DNA of 64,000 bases from a virus (IMGVR_UViG_3300003310_000099:234295-298294), one strand, 5' to 3'; positions 28,543 through 38,609 are shown, numbered from the stretch's first letter. Translations and numbers: made by a program. The notes: generated by a model not told the origin, from the letters alone.

Positions 28543-29214
28543 ATGAAATCTTTTGCTGAATATGTGGAAATGAGAGAGGGTGTATTAAGCCAAGTGCGTG
28601 GCTATTTTAACAAAGGCAATCAAGCGAATAATAAACTAGAATTGGATGCTAGGAACGCATTAAAAGCTGTAATTAAAAATCTTGCAAATTCTAGTGACCC
28701 TAAGTTAAAATATCTTTATAGTGGCGGCTATGCTCATGAATTATACAAGATTCGCCAATTTATAATAGCAAATAGGACGCAACCACAGGCTCAGCAACAA
28801 CCACAGCAGACCCAAGAGAGTATTGGTCAGGCTATTGGTAATTGGGCTGGTCAAGGTGGATTACTTGGTGCTGCATGGAACAAAATGACCCGTTCAAAAG
28901 AAATGGTGCAGCACAACGAACTTGAAAATAAAGCAATTAAGGCTTTGCAGGCTCTTGCAGACCGAGTAAATTACGAAAAAGGGGAATTGTATTACAGTGG
29001 TTACGGCTCAAGAATACAGTGGTACGTTAATTGGTTGAAAAAGGCACAGGCATTTAATAATACAAATATGGGCGTTCCTGATGAATCCCCACCAGAGGAT
29101 TATATCTCTTATCGTAGGGTTCAAAACCCTCAGCTTAGAAGTAAGCGAGTATCTGCACCTGGACAACAATTACCTGGCCAACAACAGACTCCAAGATCAG
29201 GCCGTTGGGCTTAA
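28543..29214 (+). CDS. putative head-internal protein with internal duplication
   Basis: TATATATA 4 nt before ATG; MKSFAEYVEMRE. Confidence 0.65.
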   Translation: MKSFAEYVEMREGVLSQVRGYFNKGNQANNKLELDARNALKAVIKNLANSSDPKLKYLYSGGYAHELYKIRQFIIANRTQPQAQQQPQQTQESIGQAIGNWAGQGGLLGAAWNKMTRSKEMVQHNELENKAIKALQALADRVNYEKGELYYSGYGSRIQWYVNWLKKAQAFNNTNMGVPDESPPEDYISYRRVQNPQLRSKRVSAPGQQLPGQQQTPRSGRWA

Positions 29215-29217
29215 AAG

Positions 29218-29233
29218 CTTAGCTGTACCTAGA
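29218..29233 (+). promoter_or_regulatory. element copy 9
   Basis: exact core. Confidence 0.8.
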
Positions 29234-29253
29234 GTTTAGCAAAGGAGATTCTT

Positions 29254-29484
29254 ATGCACTTCGTAGCTGAATTCTGGTGGTTGTGGCTTATTCTTTCTGT
29301 TGTCACGTTGCTCTATGGTGGCTACAATCAAGTTAGCCGCATGAAGGGCATGATGCGAGGTGACATTGATAACTTCTCAAAGGGGTTATTTGCTCTTTTC
29401 GTTGCAGCAATTCTACATTTTGGTTTCCTTGTCCTATTGGTGACTGCTATCGTGCTTCATGTCATCGACTACGCAAAGAACTAA
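29254..29484 (+). CDS. 2-TM membrane protein
   Basis: SD AAGGAG. Confidence 0.7.
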   Translation: MHFVAEFWWLWLILSVVTLLYGGYNQVSRMKGMMRGDIDNFSKGLFALFVAAILHFGFLVLLVTAIVLHVIDYAKN

Positions 29485-29493
29485 GGAGAAAAA

Positions 29494-29925
29494 ATGACGC
29501 CTCTTCAAATGATTGATGAATTCCAGTGTCCAGGCTGCATTCATGGTGTTAATACCACTGAATGCGAAAAGTTTGAAAAGCGTGATGATGGCACTCTTGC
29601 TTGTAAGAACCATCGTCCTTCAACTTTTATTGGTGGAATTGGTCGCATTGCATTGGGCTTGCCAAAGGGGTTTAACCGTTGCGGTACTATGGAATGGCCT
29701 GAAACCCCGCATTGTTTTATCCGTCTTTATGAAAAGCCCAAAGACCGAACAGAGTATAACAAGTTTAACATGCCTGTTTGGGCGATGGAAAAGGATGGAT
29801 TTCTTTTCGTCCGTTGTTATTCTCCAAGGGTTAATTGGACTTTTGTTGATGTAATTCAGGGCGGCAAGCTGGAACACGCTCCAGGGGCTTTGAATGTTGC
29901 CGAATTCATTGATGATATGGATTAG
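29494..29925 (+). CDS. hypothetical Cys-containing protein
   Basis: SD AAGGAG. Confidence 0.7.
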   Translation: MTPLQMIDEFQCPGCIHGVNTTECEKFEKRDDGTLACKNHRPSTFIGGIGRIALGLPKGFNRCGTMEWPETPHCFIRLYEKPKDRTEYNKFNMPVWAMEKDGFLFVRCYSPRVNWTFVDVIQGGKLEHAPGALNVAEFIDDMD

Positions 29926-29933
29926 GAGAATTT

Positions 29934-30356
29934 ATGAAAGTTTTGATGTACGGCAATCGTAAGGAAGACCCATCTTATTGGGATATTAGCACTCCTGAAA
30001 AGGAAGAGGCTGGTTTCCGCTGCTTGTTTCGTCATTTAGATGAAAATTGGCAGATGTTTCAGTATGCTGCCGACGACAACGAATACACCGTCAAGCAGCT
30101 AAAAGAGCTAGAAGAACTTGAAATCCTTTTGAAAGATGGTAAAGTTCCTAAGCTTTTCATCGAAGAGTCCAAGAAGAGTCTTGCTGAATTGCCAAGGGTT
30201 CGCAATCAAGTTGCTCGCCAACAGGAGGAGCTTGAATTAGCGCAGAAAGCCAAAACTGGTGACATTAAAGCTATTAAGTGGCTGTTGCGTTCTATTCAAG
30301 GCAGTGAGTACGCTGATTGGTCGATCATTGAAGTGATGAATCCGTTGGAGGGGTAA
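29934..30356 (+). CDS. hypothetical protein
   Basis: SD AGGAG. Confidence 0.7.
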   Translation: MKVLMYGNRKEDPSYWDISTPEKEEAGFRCLFRHLDENWQMFQYAADDNEYTVKQLKELEELEILLKDGKVPKLFIEESKKSLAELPRVRNQVARQQEELELAQKAKTGDIKAIKWLLRSIQGSEYADWSIIEVMNPLEG

Positions 30357-30357
30357 G

Positions 30358-31302
30358 ATGCCTAACTGCTTAGTTTGCCATAAACCTATTGTAAAACGGG
30401 TACATAGGCCAGCAAAATACATGCAGAAGTATTGTGGCATTGCATGTAGAGACGAAGCAGCAAGCATTATTAGCATTCAGCCTTGTAAAGTATGCAAAAA
30501 GCCATTTAAGAAGCGTAGAAAGGGCACTGTATGCTGCTCTGTTGAATGTTTTAATGCTAACAAAAAAGGAACGATGGACAAGGATGTTCTGATTGAGGCG
30601 ATGCTTCAATGTCGTTTTGGTGGCTGGCCAAATTGGACCAATATATCTAAAAAACTTAAATGTTCTCATCGTTTTGCAGTTAAAATGGCAAAACATTATG
30701 GTTTAATTGATAAAAAGCGTCGGGGGCCAATTGTCGATGGTGTCTTTCTGCCTATTCCTAAAAAACCGCCAGAACCAATTAATCCAGAATTAACCTCAAA
30801 GGAAACTCTGGAGCGGACATTGATTGAGAACAGACGGGTTGACAACAATGGTTGTTGGTTGTGGACTAAACGGCTCGATTTTCGTGGTTATGGCGTCATG
30901 CACCTGCCAAGACCTTATGAAGATGAGTATTTGGTAAAATTCATCAGTTTGTACATTTGGAAAGACATTCCACTAGAAAAGAGAAAATTTGTTTTTCATA
31001 AGTGTAATGTGCGTCACTGTTTCAATCCAGACCATCTAATTCCTTGTGAAACTAGATTGGAATTGGCTAAATTGTTCACCAAATATGGCAGAAATAAGTT
31101 GCCAATTGGTGTAAAGCATGTAAGATGGACGCTTGATTTACCGACTGCTCTTGATATTAGGGATGCTATCATCCACGGCGAAACTAACAAGCAAATTGTT
31201 AAAAGATTTGGCATCAAGTCTCAAATTGTACAGAATATCAGGATGCGAAGGACTTGGAAATATATTTGGAAACTGAAACACGAATACTTGGAGGCGAAAT
31301 GA
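30358..31302 (+). CDS. HNH homing endonuclease with N-terminal Cys fingers
   Basis: GCWLW..RGYG, HKCNVRHCFNPDHL, C-terminal HTH-like segment. Confidence 0.85.
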   Translation: MPNCLVCHKPIVKRVHRPAKYMQKYCGIACRDEAASIISIQPCKVCKKPFKKRRKGTVCCSVECFNANKKGTMDKDVLIEAMLQCRFGGWPNWTNISKKLKCSHRFAVKMAKHYGLIDKKRRGPIVDGVFLPIPKKPPEPINPELTSKETLERTLIENRRVDNNGCWLWTKRLDFRGYGVMHLPRPYEDEYLVKFISLYIWKDIPLEKRKFVFHKCNVRHCFNPDHLIPCETRLELAKLFTKYGRNKLPIGVKHVRWTLDLPTALDIRDAIIHGETNKQIVKRFGIKSQIVQNIRMRRTWKYIWKLKHEYLEAK

Positions 31303-31496
31303 TTGTTTTATCAGAACACTCGCACACTGGCTCTTATAGCGATTTCTCTTTTGTTGAGAGAACTTGCTTTTTTGAGGATTTGAACGTCGTACTCAAAGTG
31401 ACAAGATACGATAGTGGGATTATTAATTACAATCCTTATGGGAACGCAGCTAACTTTGCCAAGGCACAGGAAATCTATGAGCGATTGTGTAAATAA
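31299..31496 (+). CDS. hypothetical protein
   Basis: ATGA-coupled. Confidence 0.55.
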   Translation: MIVLSEHSHTGSYSDFSFVERTCFFEDLNVVLKVTRYDSGIINYNPYGNAANFAKAQEIYERLCK

Positions 31497-31601
31497 AGTA
31501 TGGACAAAATTAAAGCATGGATGCTCGGCTTAGCTATAAAAGCCACTTTGGTTTGGAGATTCTTTGTCGAGTTAGTTAAAGCTGTCTTCGGCGTCAAATA
31601 G

Positions 31602-31617
31602 CTTAGCTGTACCGAGT
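31602..31617 (+). promoter_or_regulatory. element copy 10
   Basis: exact core; GGAGG begins at +21. Confidence 0.85.
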
Positions 31618-31634
31618 AGTGTGGAGGTGCAAAA

Positions 31635-31889
31635 ATGACTAAAGCATTTGACGAACACGGTGAACTTTCTAACCGTTATAAGGATTTGTGGGCCAAGAAG
31701 AATCTGATTAGCCATAAGCTAATCAGCAATATGTCATTCGACAATGACGATGCCAAGTGGAAGGTTTTGGATGAAATTAGTGACGAACTTGAACAGGTGA
31801 GTCACATGTTCATTGACCTTTTGGCGGAACACTTACAGATTCCGCCTAATGTCTTTACTGAAGTTAAGAAGAAGTCTAAGTGTTCGTAG
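31635..31889 (+). CDS. hypothetical protein
   Basis: SD GGAGG. Confidence 0.7.
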   Translation: MTKAFDEHGELSNRYKDLWAKKNLISHKLISNMSFDNDDAKWKVLDEISDELEQVSHMFIDLLAEHLQIPPNVFTEVKKKSKCS

Positions 31890-32457
31890 TAAGCTGGCAC
31901 ATGTCTGGGAATAAATCTCGGCATGTGGCAGCTTTTTTAGGCACTATACCTTTTCTCCTAGCTTCGGCTTTGTCTCTTTGGCTAGGAATTTCTTTGCGGA
32001 AAGTTGTTCTTAATCTGTCTTCTTCGGCAGCATATTCTTGTAATTTAGCTGTAAGCCATGCTCTGTTGGCTATCATAGCGTCTCGAATATGCTCTGGTCT
32101 GAGTAAGTTTTCAATTACTTCTTGGACCATATTGAATGAGTCGTGGGCGCGGGCACAACGGTCTTTTAATTTGAGGCAACCAACATCCTGATCCCTTAAT
32201 TTATCGTTTTCCTCTTCATAAGTGGTGAATTGGTGTCTTATCATCTTGACAAATTCAGTGCCATTGAAGGGACGTGGGGTGAATCTATTGGCGGCATGAC
32301 CAGCTTGCATAGAGTCATAGATGCCCTTGGCCAATATGTCTTTTTTCTCCTGGGGCAATGCGTGAATTAGACCAGTAGTATATAAAGAATTCCACAATGG
32401 GTATGCAGACCTGTATTTTAATGCACCCTCATTTAACAACCACTCTTTGAAGTTCAT
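31876..32457 (-). CDS. putative late/head-internal protein
   Basis: ACTAAATA 4 nt before ATG; MNFKEWLLNE. Confidence 0.7.
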   Translation of the reverse strand: MNFKEWLLNEGALKYRSAYPLWNSLYTTGLIHALPQEKKDILAKGIYDSMQAGHAANRFTPRPFNGTEFVKMIRHQFTTYEEENDKLRDQDVGCLKLKDRCARAHDSFNMVQEVIENLLRPEHIRDAMIANRAWLTAKLQEYAAEEDRLRTTFRKEIPSQRDKAEARRKGIVPKKAATCRDLFPDMCQLTTNT

Positions 32458-32484
32458 GCTTTATTTAGTGGGCAAGGATTAAAA

Positions 32485-33003
32485 ATGATTAAGCCTATCC
32501 ATGCAAAAAAGCATTATAAACCCGATTTGGGTGATTTAGTCTGGGATTTCGATGGCGATAAAGTATCCAGATACTTGGTCGATGAAGAGGGTCCAGGCAC
32601 CGATAAAATCATTCCTCTTGCTTGCGCTCATCCTAATCCTTTGGTTGCGTGCAAGATGTTTGACATTGATATTGCACCAATTAAGCTGCAATATGAGTGT
32701 CCTTATACCAAATACGCTCATTTTTCTTTACTTCCTACTGCGTTGCTTATCAATGGTGACGTGCAGGTGTATAAGAATGTCCAGCACCATTCCCCCGATT
32801 ACCTTTTAGATTGGGAATGGCATAAGCAAATGTATCCGAAAGACTTACTAGGTCTTTCTCAAATTCAAAAGATTATGCTGGGTAGTGGGTATACAAACAT
32901 GACCCATTTTAATGATGGCAGCGGGAGTATTGTGGCTCGCAGAGTCATGCTTGATAATGGGGATGCGTTACTGGTTCATTTCCATGAATGGTACAATAAG
33001 TAA
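32485..33003 (+). CDS. hypothetical protein
   Basis: 172 aa ORF. Confidence 0.7.
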   Translation: MIKPIHAKKHYKPDLGDLVWDFDGDKVSRYLVDEEGPGTDKIIPLACAHPNPLVACKMFDIDIAPIKLQYECPYTKYAHFSLLPTALLINGDVQVYKNVQHHSPDYLLDWEWHKQMYPKDLLGLSQIQKIMLGSGYTNMTHFNDGSGSIVARRVMLDNGDALLVHFHEWYNK

Positions 33004-33012
33004 GGAGATTAA

Positions 33013-33285
33013 ATGTTAATTCTCAACAGTACCAGAAAGCCCCGTGAACGGTATCGTATTGTTAATGGCGGCATGGGCTATTACAAAGACCCACAGGATA
33101 GCCCAAATTACAAATACCATATCGCCATTGGTATCGACCGTGGCAATGGCTACCAAGGCTCAATGTCAATTGAATATTTTCTCAAAGAGGAAAAGCCACC
33201 TTTACTCGCAAGAGTGAATTTGATAAAATTTCTTAAAGCCGAAGGGTATGAATCCTGGCTCAAAAGAAAGGGAATCAAATGTTAG
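33013..33285 (+). CDS. hypothetical protein
   Basis: SD AAGGAG. Confidence 0.65.
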   Translation: MLILNSTRKPRERYRIVNGGMGYYKDPQDSPNYKYHIAIGIDRGNGYQGSMSIEYFLKEEKPPLLARVNLIKFLKAEGYESWLKRKGIKC

Positions 33286-33557
33286 GTTGTTTACTTACTT
33301 TAGTCGCAATTATCTGTCCTAGAATTCTTATGATCTTTATTTTGCTTGCCACTAATTGGTTTAGCAGAGCTTATGATACATTTATCTGGCCATTCCTTGG
33401 CTTTATGTTCATGCCTTACACCACTTTAGCGTATATGGCAGCTATGCTTAACAACAATCATAGCGTTGATGGCTGGTGGGTTGTATTATTAGTATTCGCT
33501 ATTTTTAGTGATCTTACTACTGGTGGTTACGAAGTAAACAAAAGGACAAACAAATGA
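33279..33557 (+). CDS. membrane protein
   Basis: PRI..WPFLG..MPYTTL; three TM segments. Confidence 0.7.
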   Translation: MLGCLLTLVAIICPRILMIFILLATNWFSRAYDTFIWPFLGFMFMPYTTLAYMAAMLNNNHSVDGWWVVLLVFAIFSDLTTGGYEVNKRTNK

Positions 33558-33799
33558 ACGCAACTCCTGAGTTTTGGACACCGCAAGAGCTTACAGACAA
33601 AGAACTTAACGACATTTGTTCATGGCTTATGGCCTGGCAACGTGCATGTGTCAGTAGTGATTGTTTGGCTAGTGACTTCACTGAGGATGGGCAACTTTTG
33701 CCGAGTCAGAAACTTGACCCTAATTTCAAGACTGCAATGAATCATGTGCAGTCTTTAATACGGCACATCAGGGCTAAAAAGCTTAGCTGTACCGAGTAA
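33554..33799 (+). CDS. hypothetical protein ending in element-encoded LSCTE
   Basis: coupled ORF. Confidence 0.6.
   Translation: MNATPEFWTPQELTDKELNDICSWLMAWQRACVSSDCLASDFTEDGQLLPSQKLDPNFKTAMNHVQSLIRHIRAKKLSCTE
33782..33797 (+). promoter_or_regulatory. element copy 11
   Basis: exact core; AAGGAG begins at +21. Confidence 0.85.
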
Positions 33800-33815
33800 A
33801 CAAAGGAGCCAAAAA

Positions 33816-34112
33816 ATGACTGATGAAATTTTCCTGGTTTACGAAAATGCGGATTCTACCGAAGGTAGAGGTCCAATGATTATTGTCTCTGATTCTGGGT
33901 TCTTTCTTAGTGAGAAAGAAGCCTGGGATTTTGCCGATACTGTTCCTGGTATTATGGGGCAAAAACCGCCAAGCGGTAGCTGGCGTAAAGAACAGTATCC
34001 TGATGTTGAAGTGCGGAAATTCCTCCGACATAATTGCGACAAAGCCAAACAAAAAGTCAGTTTGCAGAAGCAGATTGCAGACCTACAACGCCAACTGAAA
34101 GCGATTTCCTAA
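33816..34112 (+). CDS. hypothetical phage protein
   Basis: NADSTEGRGP. Confidence 0.7.
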   Translation: MTDEIFLVYENADSTEGRGPMIIVSDSGFFLSEKEAWDFADTVPGIMGQKPPSGSWRKEQYPDVEVRKFLRHNCDKAKQKVSLQKQIADLQRQLKAIS

Positions 34113-34113
34113 T

Positions 34114-34470
34114 ATGTTAAGAAATGACGGCAAATACGAAATCTTCATCCTTGAAGCCAAAAAGGATAATGATTGGTTTCGTATTAGTTTTGATGGTGGA
34201 TTTAAGTACGGCAAGCGTTGGTACGCAGACGGCAGTGGTAAGGAATATGAACCTTACGAGAGTTTTAGTGCCAGTGGTAAGTGTTGGCAAGAGACTGGAG
34301 TACATGGCACTTACGATGTAGAACAGGCAATTAAACTTTACTTTATCCTCATGGAAAACAATCCTGATTATATGTTCAGGGTGGTTAAGAAGACTATTTG
34401 GCAGGATAGTGAAGTTTTATGGTGTGGCAAGAAATTTCACGGAACAGCGTGTCGAGCGACAGATGGGTAA
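34114..34470 (+). CDS. hypothetical protein
   Basis: ORF. Confidence 0.65.
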   Translation: MLRNDGKYEIFILEAKKDNDWFRISFDGGFKYGKRWYADGSGKEYEPYESFSASGKCWQETGVHGTYDVEQAIKLYFILMENNPDYMFRVVKKTIWQDSEVLWCGKKFHGTACRATDG

Positions 34471-34480
34471 AGGAATATAA

Positions 34481-34693
34481 GTGAAAACCGCATTTGCAAT
34501 TGTTCGTATTGACCATTTCCTTGGCGATGTGCCATTGGCAAATAAAATTACCGTGAAGGAAATCTTATTTGATTGGGCTAAGGCTGAGGAAGAAGTGCGA
34601 AGACTAAACCAATTAAATCATGACAAGGGCTGCGAGTATTTTGCTCAGCATACAAGACTTGAATCCGCAGCTTTACAAAACGAGAAATCGTAG
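34481..34693 (+). CDS. hypothetical protein
   Basis: GTG start with SD. Confidence 0.6.
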   Translation: MKTAFAIVRIDHFLGDVPLANKITVKEILFDWAKAEEEVRRLNQLNHDKGCEYFAQHTRLESAALQNEKS

Positions 34694-34699
34694 TAGAAT
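34672..34699 (+). promoter_or_regulatory. sigma70-type promoter
   Basis: TTTACA-N16-TAGAAT. Confidence 0.55.
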
Positions 34700-34709
34700 A
34701 GGAGGAGCG

Positions 34710-34922
34710 ATGAAACTTTTCTTGTACGATGAGAAGCATCAGCAAGTACACAGTCATCTTGACCTTGGGCCGCTTAGCGAGCGGGAAATTGAGTTGCTGG
34801 ATCAAGTCACTGTATGGCTTGAGCGTGAAGGTATCTTCAACAGGTATCATAGCATAACTGTTGCAGAATCCTACAAGCAAACCTATGAAGATGGTGAATC
34901 CCAAATCGAATTTGAGGGGTAA
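34710..34922 (+). CDS. hypothetical protein
   Basis: SD AGGAGG. Confidence 0.65.
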   Translation: MKLFLYDEKHQQVHSHLDLGPLSEREIELLDQVTVWLEREGIFNRYHSITVAESYKQTYEDGESQIEFEG

Positions 34923-35115
34923 ACATGCCACAGTTAGTTGCAGACCTGGATAATCTACAAATTCAGTGGAGTTATTCAGAACGCAAGCGGGTAGCCGACC
35001 TACTTGTTTGGAATCCTGAAATGACAGAGATTATTAAAACTGTCAGGATTCCAAACAAGGTGGCGGAAATCTTGGCTGAACACGGCATGAACTCTGGAAG
35101 TTAGGGGAGAATTAA

Positions 35116-35448
35116 ATGGCTGCTAAGAAGGATTTGTACGCAAAGGGCGAGTCTTACAAGTATCCGAGTTATTTCGGTTCCCATGCCAGCATGGTTGACG
35201 AAGAACTCACGGCTGCTCTGCAAAAGGTAATTGCAGGTGAGACTCCCGACCTGAAAGAAGATCAGCTTGCCGTTATTAACAAGTTGATTAAGCAACCAGC
35301 AGATGACCTTGTTGTTCTCCGTGACGAACACAAGGAACCTTATTCCACAAGCCGCAAGGTTTTGGATAATGGCATGGCAGACCCGAATCGCTATGCTCAA
35401 AACCGTGTGGAATATCTCTGCGCAGGCTCAGTCAAGAAGGAACAATGA
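35116..35448 (+). CDS. hypothetical phage protein
   Basis: YFGSHASMV...LDNGMADPNR. Confidence 0.7.
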   Translation: MAAKKDLYAKGESYKYPSYFGSHASMVDEELTAALQKVIAGETPDLKEDQLAVINKLIKQPADDLVVLRDEHKEPYSTSRKVLDNGMADPNRYAQNRVEYLCAGSVKKEQ

Positions 35449-35710
35449 AAACTCAGCCTCAATTGTTTGGTAATGACCCGCCAAACAAACTTGTTGGAAC
35501 AATAGCACCACAACCGCCTAAACCTCCCCAAACTCGACGGGAGGTAAAGGTGGGTTGTGGTTGCTTGAAATTAATTGTTATTACCGTAATAGCATTCCTA
35601 ATTTGGTATATGCTTAAAGGGTAATAACAATTAATTCATTTATACAAATATAAGAACCGTGGTAATAAGGGACACCCTTCCCTATAACCGCGCCTATACG
35701 CGAGGCAATA

Positions 35711-36136
35711 ATGCACGGAATTATTTGTTATTGGCGTTATGTGAAGACAAAGAACAATTACGATAAGCAATGGGTGTTGGCAGAATCATTTGCCATTGAT
35801 CTTGATGGTCGTCCGCTCACAATTCCCTCAACTGGTGGTGGTGATCGTGTTGAATGGGATAAGTGGATGAATAAAAAGGTATATGCTAATAAGGAAGCAA
35901 AAGCAGAAGACGATTACGATTGGGAACCAATCATGGGTCGTGCTGTCACAATTTGCACCCTGGAGTCTGGTGTGAGGCTACTTGACATTCATCCGCCTGA
36001 ATGGTCGGATTGGCTATCTATTTCTTTTTATGAAGAATTGTGTAAGTCCGACAAATGGGTTAAGATGCTGGAACGTGGTTTTGATATGTATTTAGGCACT
36101 GCCAAAGAAGCTCGTAAGTATTGGATCAGCAAATGA
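35711..36136 (+). CDS. hypothetical protein
   Basis: ORF. Confidence 0.65.
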   Translation: MHGIICYWRYVKTKNNYDKQWVLAESFAIDLDGRPLTIPSTGGGDRVEWDKWMNKKVYANKEAKAEDDYDWEPIMGRAVTICTLESGVRLLDIHPPEWSDWLSISFYEELCKSDKWVKMLERGFDMYLGTAKEARKYWISK

Positions 36137-36585
36137 AAAGATCGCTTCAAAACGGTAAATGGTTTGAATTAAAGTCTGAGGAAGAACATAAGCAATTGAA
36201 GGCTTATGGGTCTATTACGCCAAAAGACTATGGTTTTGCCAATGTTCAAATTGGTAAATATAATGGTCCTGGCAAATACATGCTCTTGCAATATAACCAG
36301 CGTTGTCCGCGTAACTGTTGTTATGATGATGTGAACGAATTATTGACAGTAGCAGATGTTGCTAAAGAAGCTAAGCAAGAAATGCTTAACTATGCCAAGA
36401 TTGCTCATGAAGCACAACCTATGAAGGTTTGTTTAATTCAAAAAGTAATTGAACATGATTGGGAACCTAATTTAGATTATAAAGTCCCATTTGCCGTCAG
36501 TCTGGATTCTGACCAAGCAGACCGTATTGTTGAGCAGTTGGACTATCGCTATTCTCATGTAGAGATTGACTTGCTGTTGGATTAG
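36133..36585 (+). CDS. hypothetical protein
   Basis: ATGA-coupled; stop abuts element. Confidence 0.65.
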   Translation: MKRSLQNGKWFELKSEEEHKQLKAYGSITPKDYGFANVQIGKYNGPGKYMLLQYNQRCPRNCCYDDVNELLTVADVAKEAKQEMLNYAKIAHEAQPMKVCLIQKVIEHDWEPNLDYKVPFAVSLDSDQADRIVEQLDYRYSHVEIDLLLD

Positions 36586-36601
36586 CTTAGCTGTACCGAG
36601 T
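36586..36601 (+). promoter_or_regulatory. element copy 12 (ATG at +21)
   Basis: exact core. Confidence 0.85.
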
Positions 36602-36606
36602 AAGCC

Positions 36607-36831
36607 ATGAATTGGACAAAAGAACTACCTACTGATGCAGGCTGGTACTGGAACCGCAAGAACAAGTACAAGAAGGAAAACATCTACTACGTCTGGATTT
36701 CTCTTGAAGAATCCTTGTTTAAGGACGTAAACGTATTACACTGTCGTCGTTCTGGTGAGTCACTTTTTGACAAAGAGCGTGTAGAATCTATCGGTGGCGA
36801 GTGGTACGGTCCAATCAAGGCACCCGAATAG
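36607..36831 (+). CDS. single-gene cassette protein
   Basis: WTKELPT.AGWYW; flanked by two elements. Confidence 0.75.
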   Translation: MNWTKELPTDAGWYWNRKNKYKKENIYYVWISLEESLFKDVNVLHCRRSGESLFDKERVESIGGEWYGPIKAPE

Positions 36832-36847
36832 CTTAGCTGTACCGAGT
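36832..36847 (+). promoter_or_regulatory. element copy 13
   Basis: exact core. Confidence 0.8.
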
Positions 36848-36877
36848 CAACTGTTCCTTTCAACAATCGGGGGTCAA

Positions 36878-37969
36878 ATGAAAACTCGCAGCAAGACGGT
36901 TGAATTGGTTAAGGAAGGTCATTTCGACAAAACTACGTTGAGTGGGCAGCTAGAGCGGATCATCAAAAAGGGCATTAGTCCCACGTTGCATAAGCAAGGG
37001 TGGACGTTCGTTCCGCCTGAGTTTATTGACAACATGAATATGACTATTGCCAAGATTCGTCTTTTGAAGAAGATGAAGCGTGAGCGTGAAGGCTCTGATG
37101 AAGTCTTTGCGCGTCAATCCGAAGAAGTTTTGCAGCGAATGGCAGTATTCTGTCGTGAATCCAACTGGTCCTTTAAGGACGCAGCAATTGAGAATAAGGT
37201 TTGTCCGAAACAGAATTTTGATTTCCCAATGCCCGAAGAAATCAAGCCTTATTTCGGGCACATTTATGATCGTGATGCGCATATTCGCCTGATTTATAGC
37301 TCTTTGAAGGCTGCTCAGGCGAGCGTGTTTGAACAACGCAATCATTGCCTCTTGTGGGGCAAGCCTGGATGTGGTAAAACCGAAACTGTTTTGAGTTTCG
37401 AGAAGATGGTAGGTGCCCAAAATGTAATCAAATTGGACGCTACTTCCACTACCAAGGCAGGTGCAGAGAATCTATTGCTGGAGTTGGACGTAGTACCGCC
37501 AATTCTTCTGATTGAAGAGTTGGAGAAGTGCAACCCATTGAATTTGCCGTGGTTGCTGGGCATCCTAGACCAACGTGGCGAGATTATTAAGACTAATGCA
37601 CGCATCGGCAGTCAGCGGAAGTCTGCTAAGTGTCTTTGCATTGCAACGGTTAATAATCTCCATGAATTGACGAATATGATGAGCGGTGCCTTGGCGTCCC
37701 GTTTCCAACATAAGATTTATTTTCCACGTCCCAATCGGGCGATTTTGGAAAAGATTCTTTTGCGGGAAATTGTCAAGGTGAAGGGCAATGAAGCGTGGAT
37801 CAAGCCGATTCTGGATTATGTTCTGGAAATCGAAAAGGTGAATGATCCACGTCGGGCTATCTCTTTGCTGGATGGCCGCGAGAAGTGGCTGACGAACGAG
37901 TACAAGGACGATTTGATGGCGGTGCGTGAAGCAATGCACACTGACAATGTAGAGTTGCCAGATAACTAA
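36878..37969 (+). CDS. AAA+ ATPase
   Basis: GKPGCGKT, ILLIEELEK, ATVN, ALASRF. Confidence 0.85.
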   Translation: MKTRSKTVELVKEGHFDKTTLSGQLERIIKKGISPTLHKQGWTFVPPEFIDNMNMTIAKIRLLKKMKREREGSDEVFARQSEEVLQRMAVFCRESNWSFKDAAIENKVCPKQNFDFPMPEEIKPYFGHIYDRDAHIRLIYSSLKAAQASVFEQRNHCLLWGKPGCGKTETVLSFEKMVGAQNVIKLDATSTTKAGAENLLLELDVVPPILLIEELEKCNPLNLPWLLGILDQRGEIIKTNARIGSQRKSAKCLCIATVNNLHELTNMMSGALASRFQHKIYFPRPNRAILEKILLREIVKVKGNEAWIKPILDYVLEIEKVNDPRRAISLLDGREKWLTNEYKDDLMAVREAMHTDNVELPDN

Positions 37970-37980
37970 GGAGAAAATTT

Positions 37981-38424
37981 ATGTTGGATTTCAAGGGTTT
38001 GAACAAGGCACAGGTGTTAGCGGCTCTTTACAATGCTTCCCGTCCTTTGGGTATGGGTTTTATGCACTATAACCCTACCCCGATGACCGAAGAGGAAGCT
38101 CAAAAGGAATTAGAACGCACCACCTATTTTGATTATCTTAATGGGCGTGTGATGAAGCTGAATTTGGGCAAGGATCAGGTTGACCCTTGGCTGTATGACC
38201 GTGACAATGGGGAAGGGGCTGCTCAGCGTGCCATTGATGCTGCCGCAGCAGGCAATAAGGCTGCAATCATGGCCGCACATGTGCAAGGGGTCAAGGAAGC
38301 TGCTGGCGCTGCATTAGACTCGATGAATACTCCAATGAGTATCGAGGGGCATGTTATTAACATGACCCTGAATGACGTAAAGGATGAACTTGGTCCCAAG
38401 GTGGCTAAGGCTTTGGAGAATTAA
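37981..38424 (+). CDS. hypothetical protein
   Basis: VLAALYN..FDYLNGRVMK..YDRDNG; SD AAGGAG. Confidence 0.75.
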   Translation: MLDFKGLNKAQVLAALYNASRPLGMGFMHYNPTPMTEEEAQKELERTTYFDYLNGRVMKLNLGKDQVDPWLYDRDNGEGAAQRAIDAAAAGNKAAIMAAHVQGVKEAAGAALDSMNTPMSIEGHVINMTLNDVKDELGPKVAKALEN

Positions 38425-38431
38425 AGGAAAT

Positions 38432-38607
38432 AAGCGAAGCCAACATACCGAGACGCGATGGCTAAGCGTGTAGGTCGTTGGTAGCGGGATTCATGCGTAG
38501 GACATAACCTGTTGGCCTTGCATGAGTATAGACAATTGCTTCAATCCGAAACTGTCAACAGAGACTTCGGAGAACAAGAAGCTACCGCTGATAAACGCTT
38601 CTTCTTT
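38432..38607 (+). ncRNA. candidate multi-stem structured RNA
   Basis: nested complementary segments in ORF-free gap. Confidence 0.55.
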
Positions 38608-38609
38608 AC

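Noticed and set aside
35620-35710. Intergenic hairpins as ncRNA
   Set aside because: Short stems compatible with an ordinary promoter or leader
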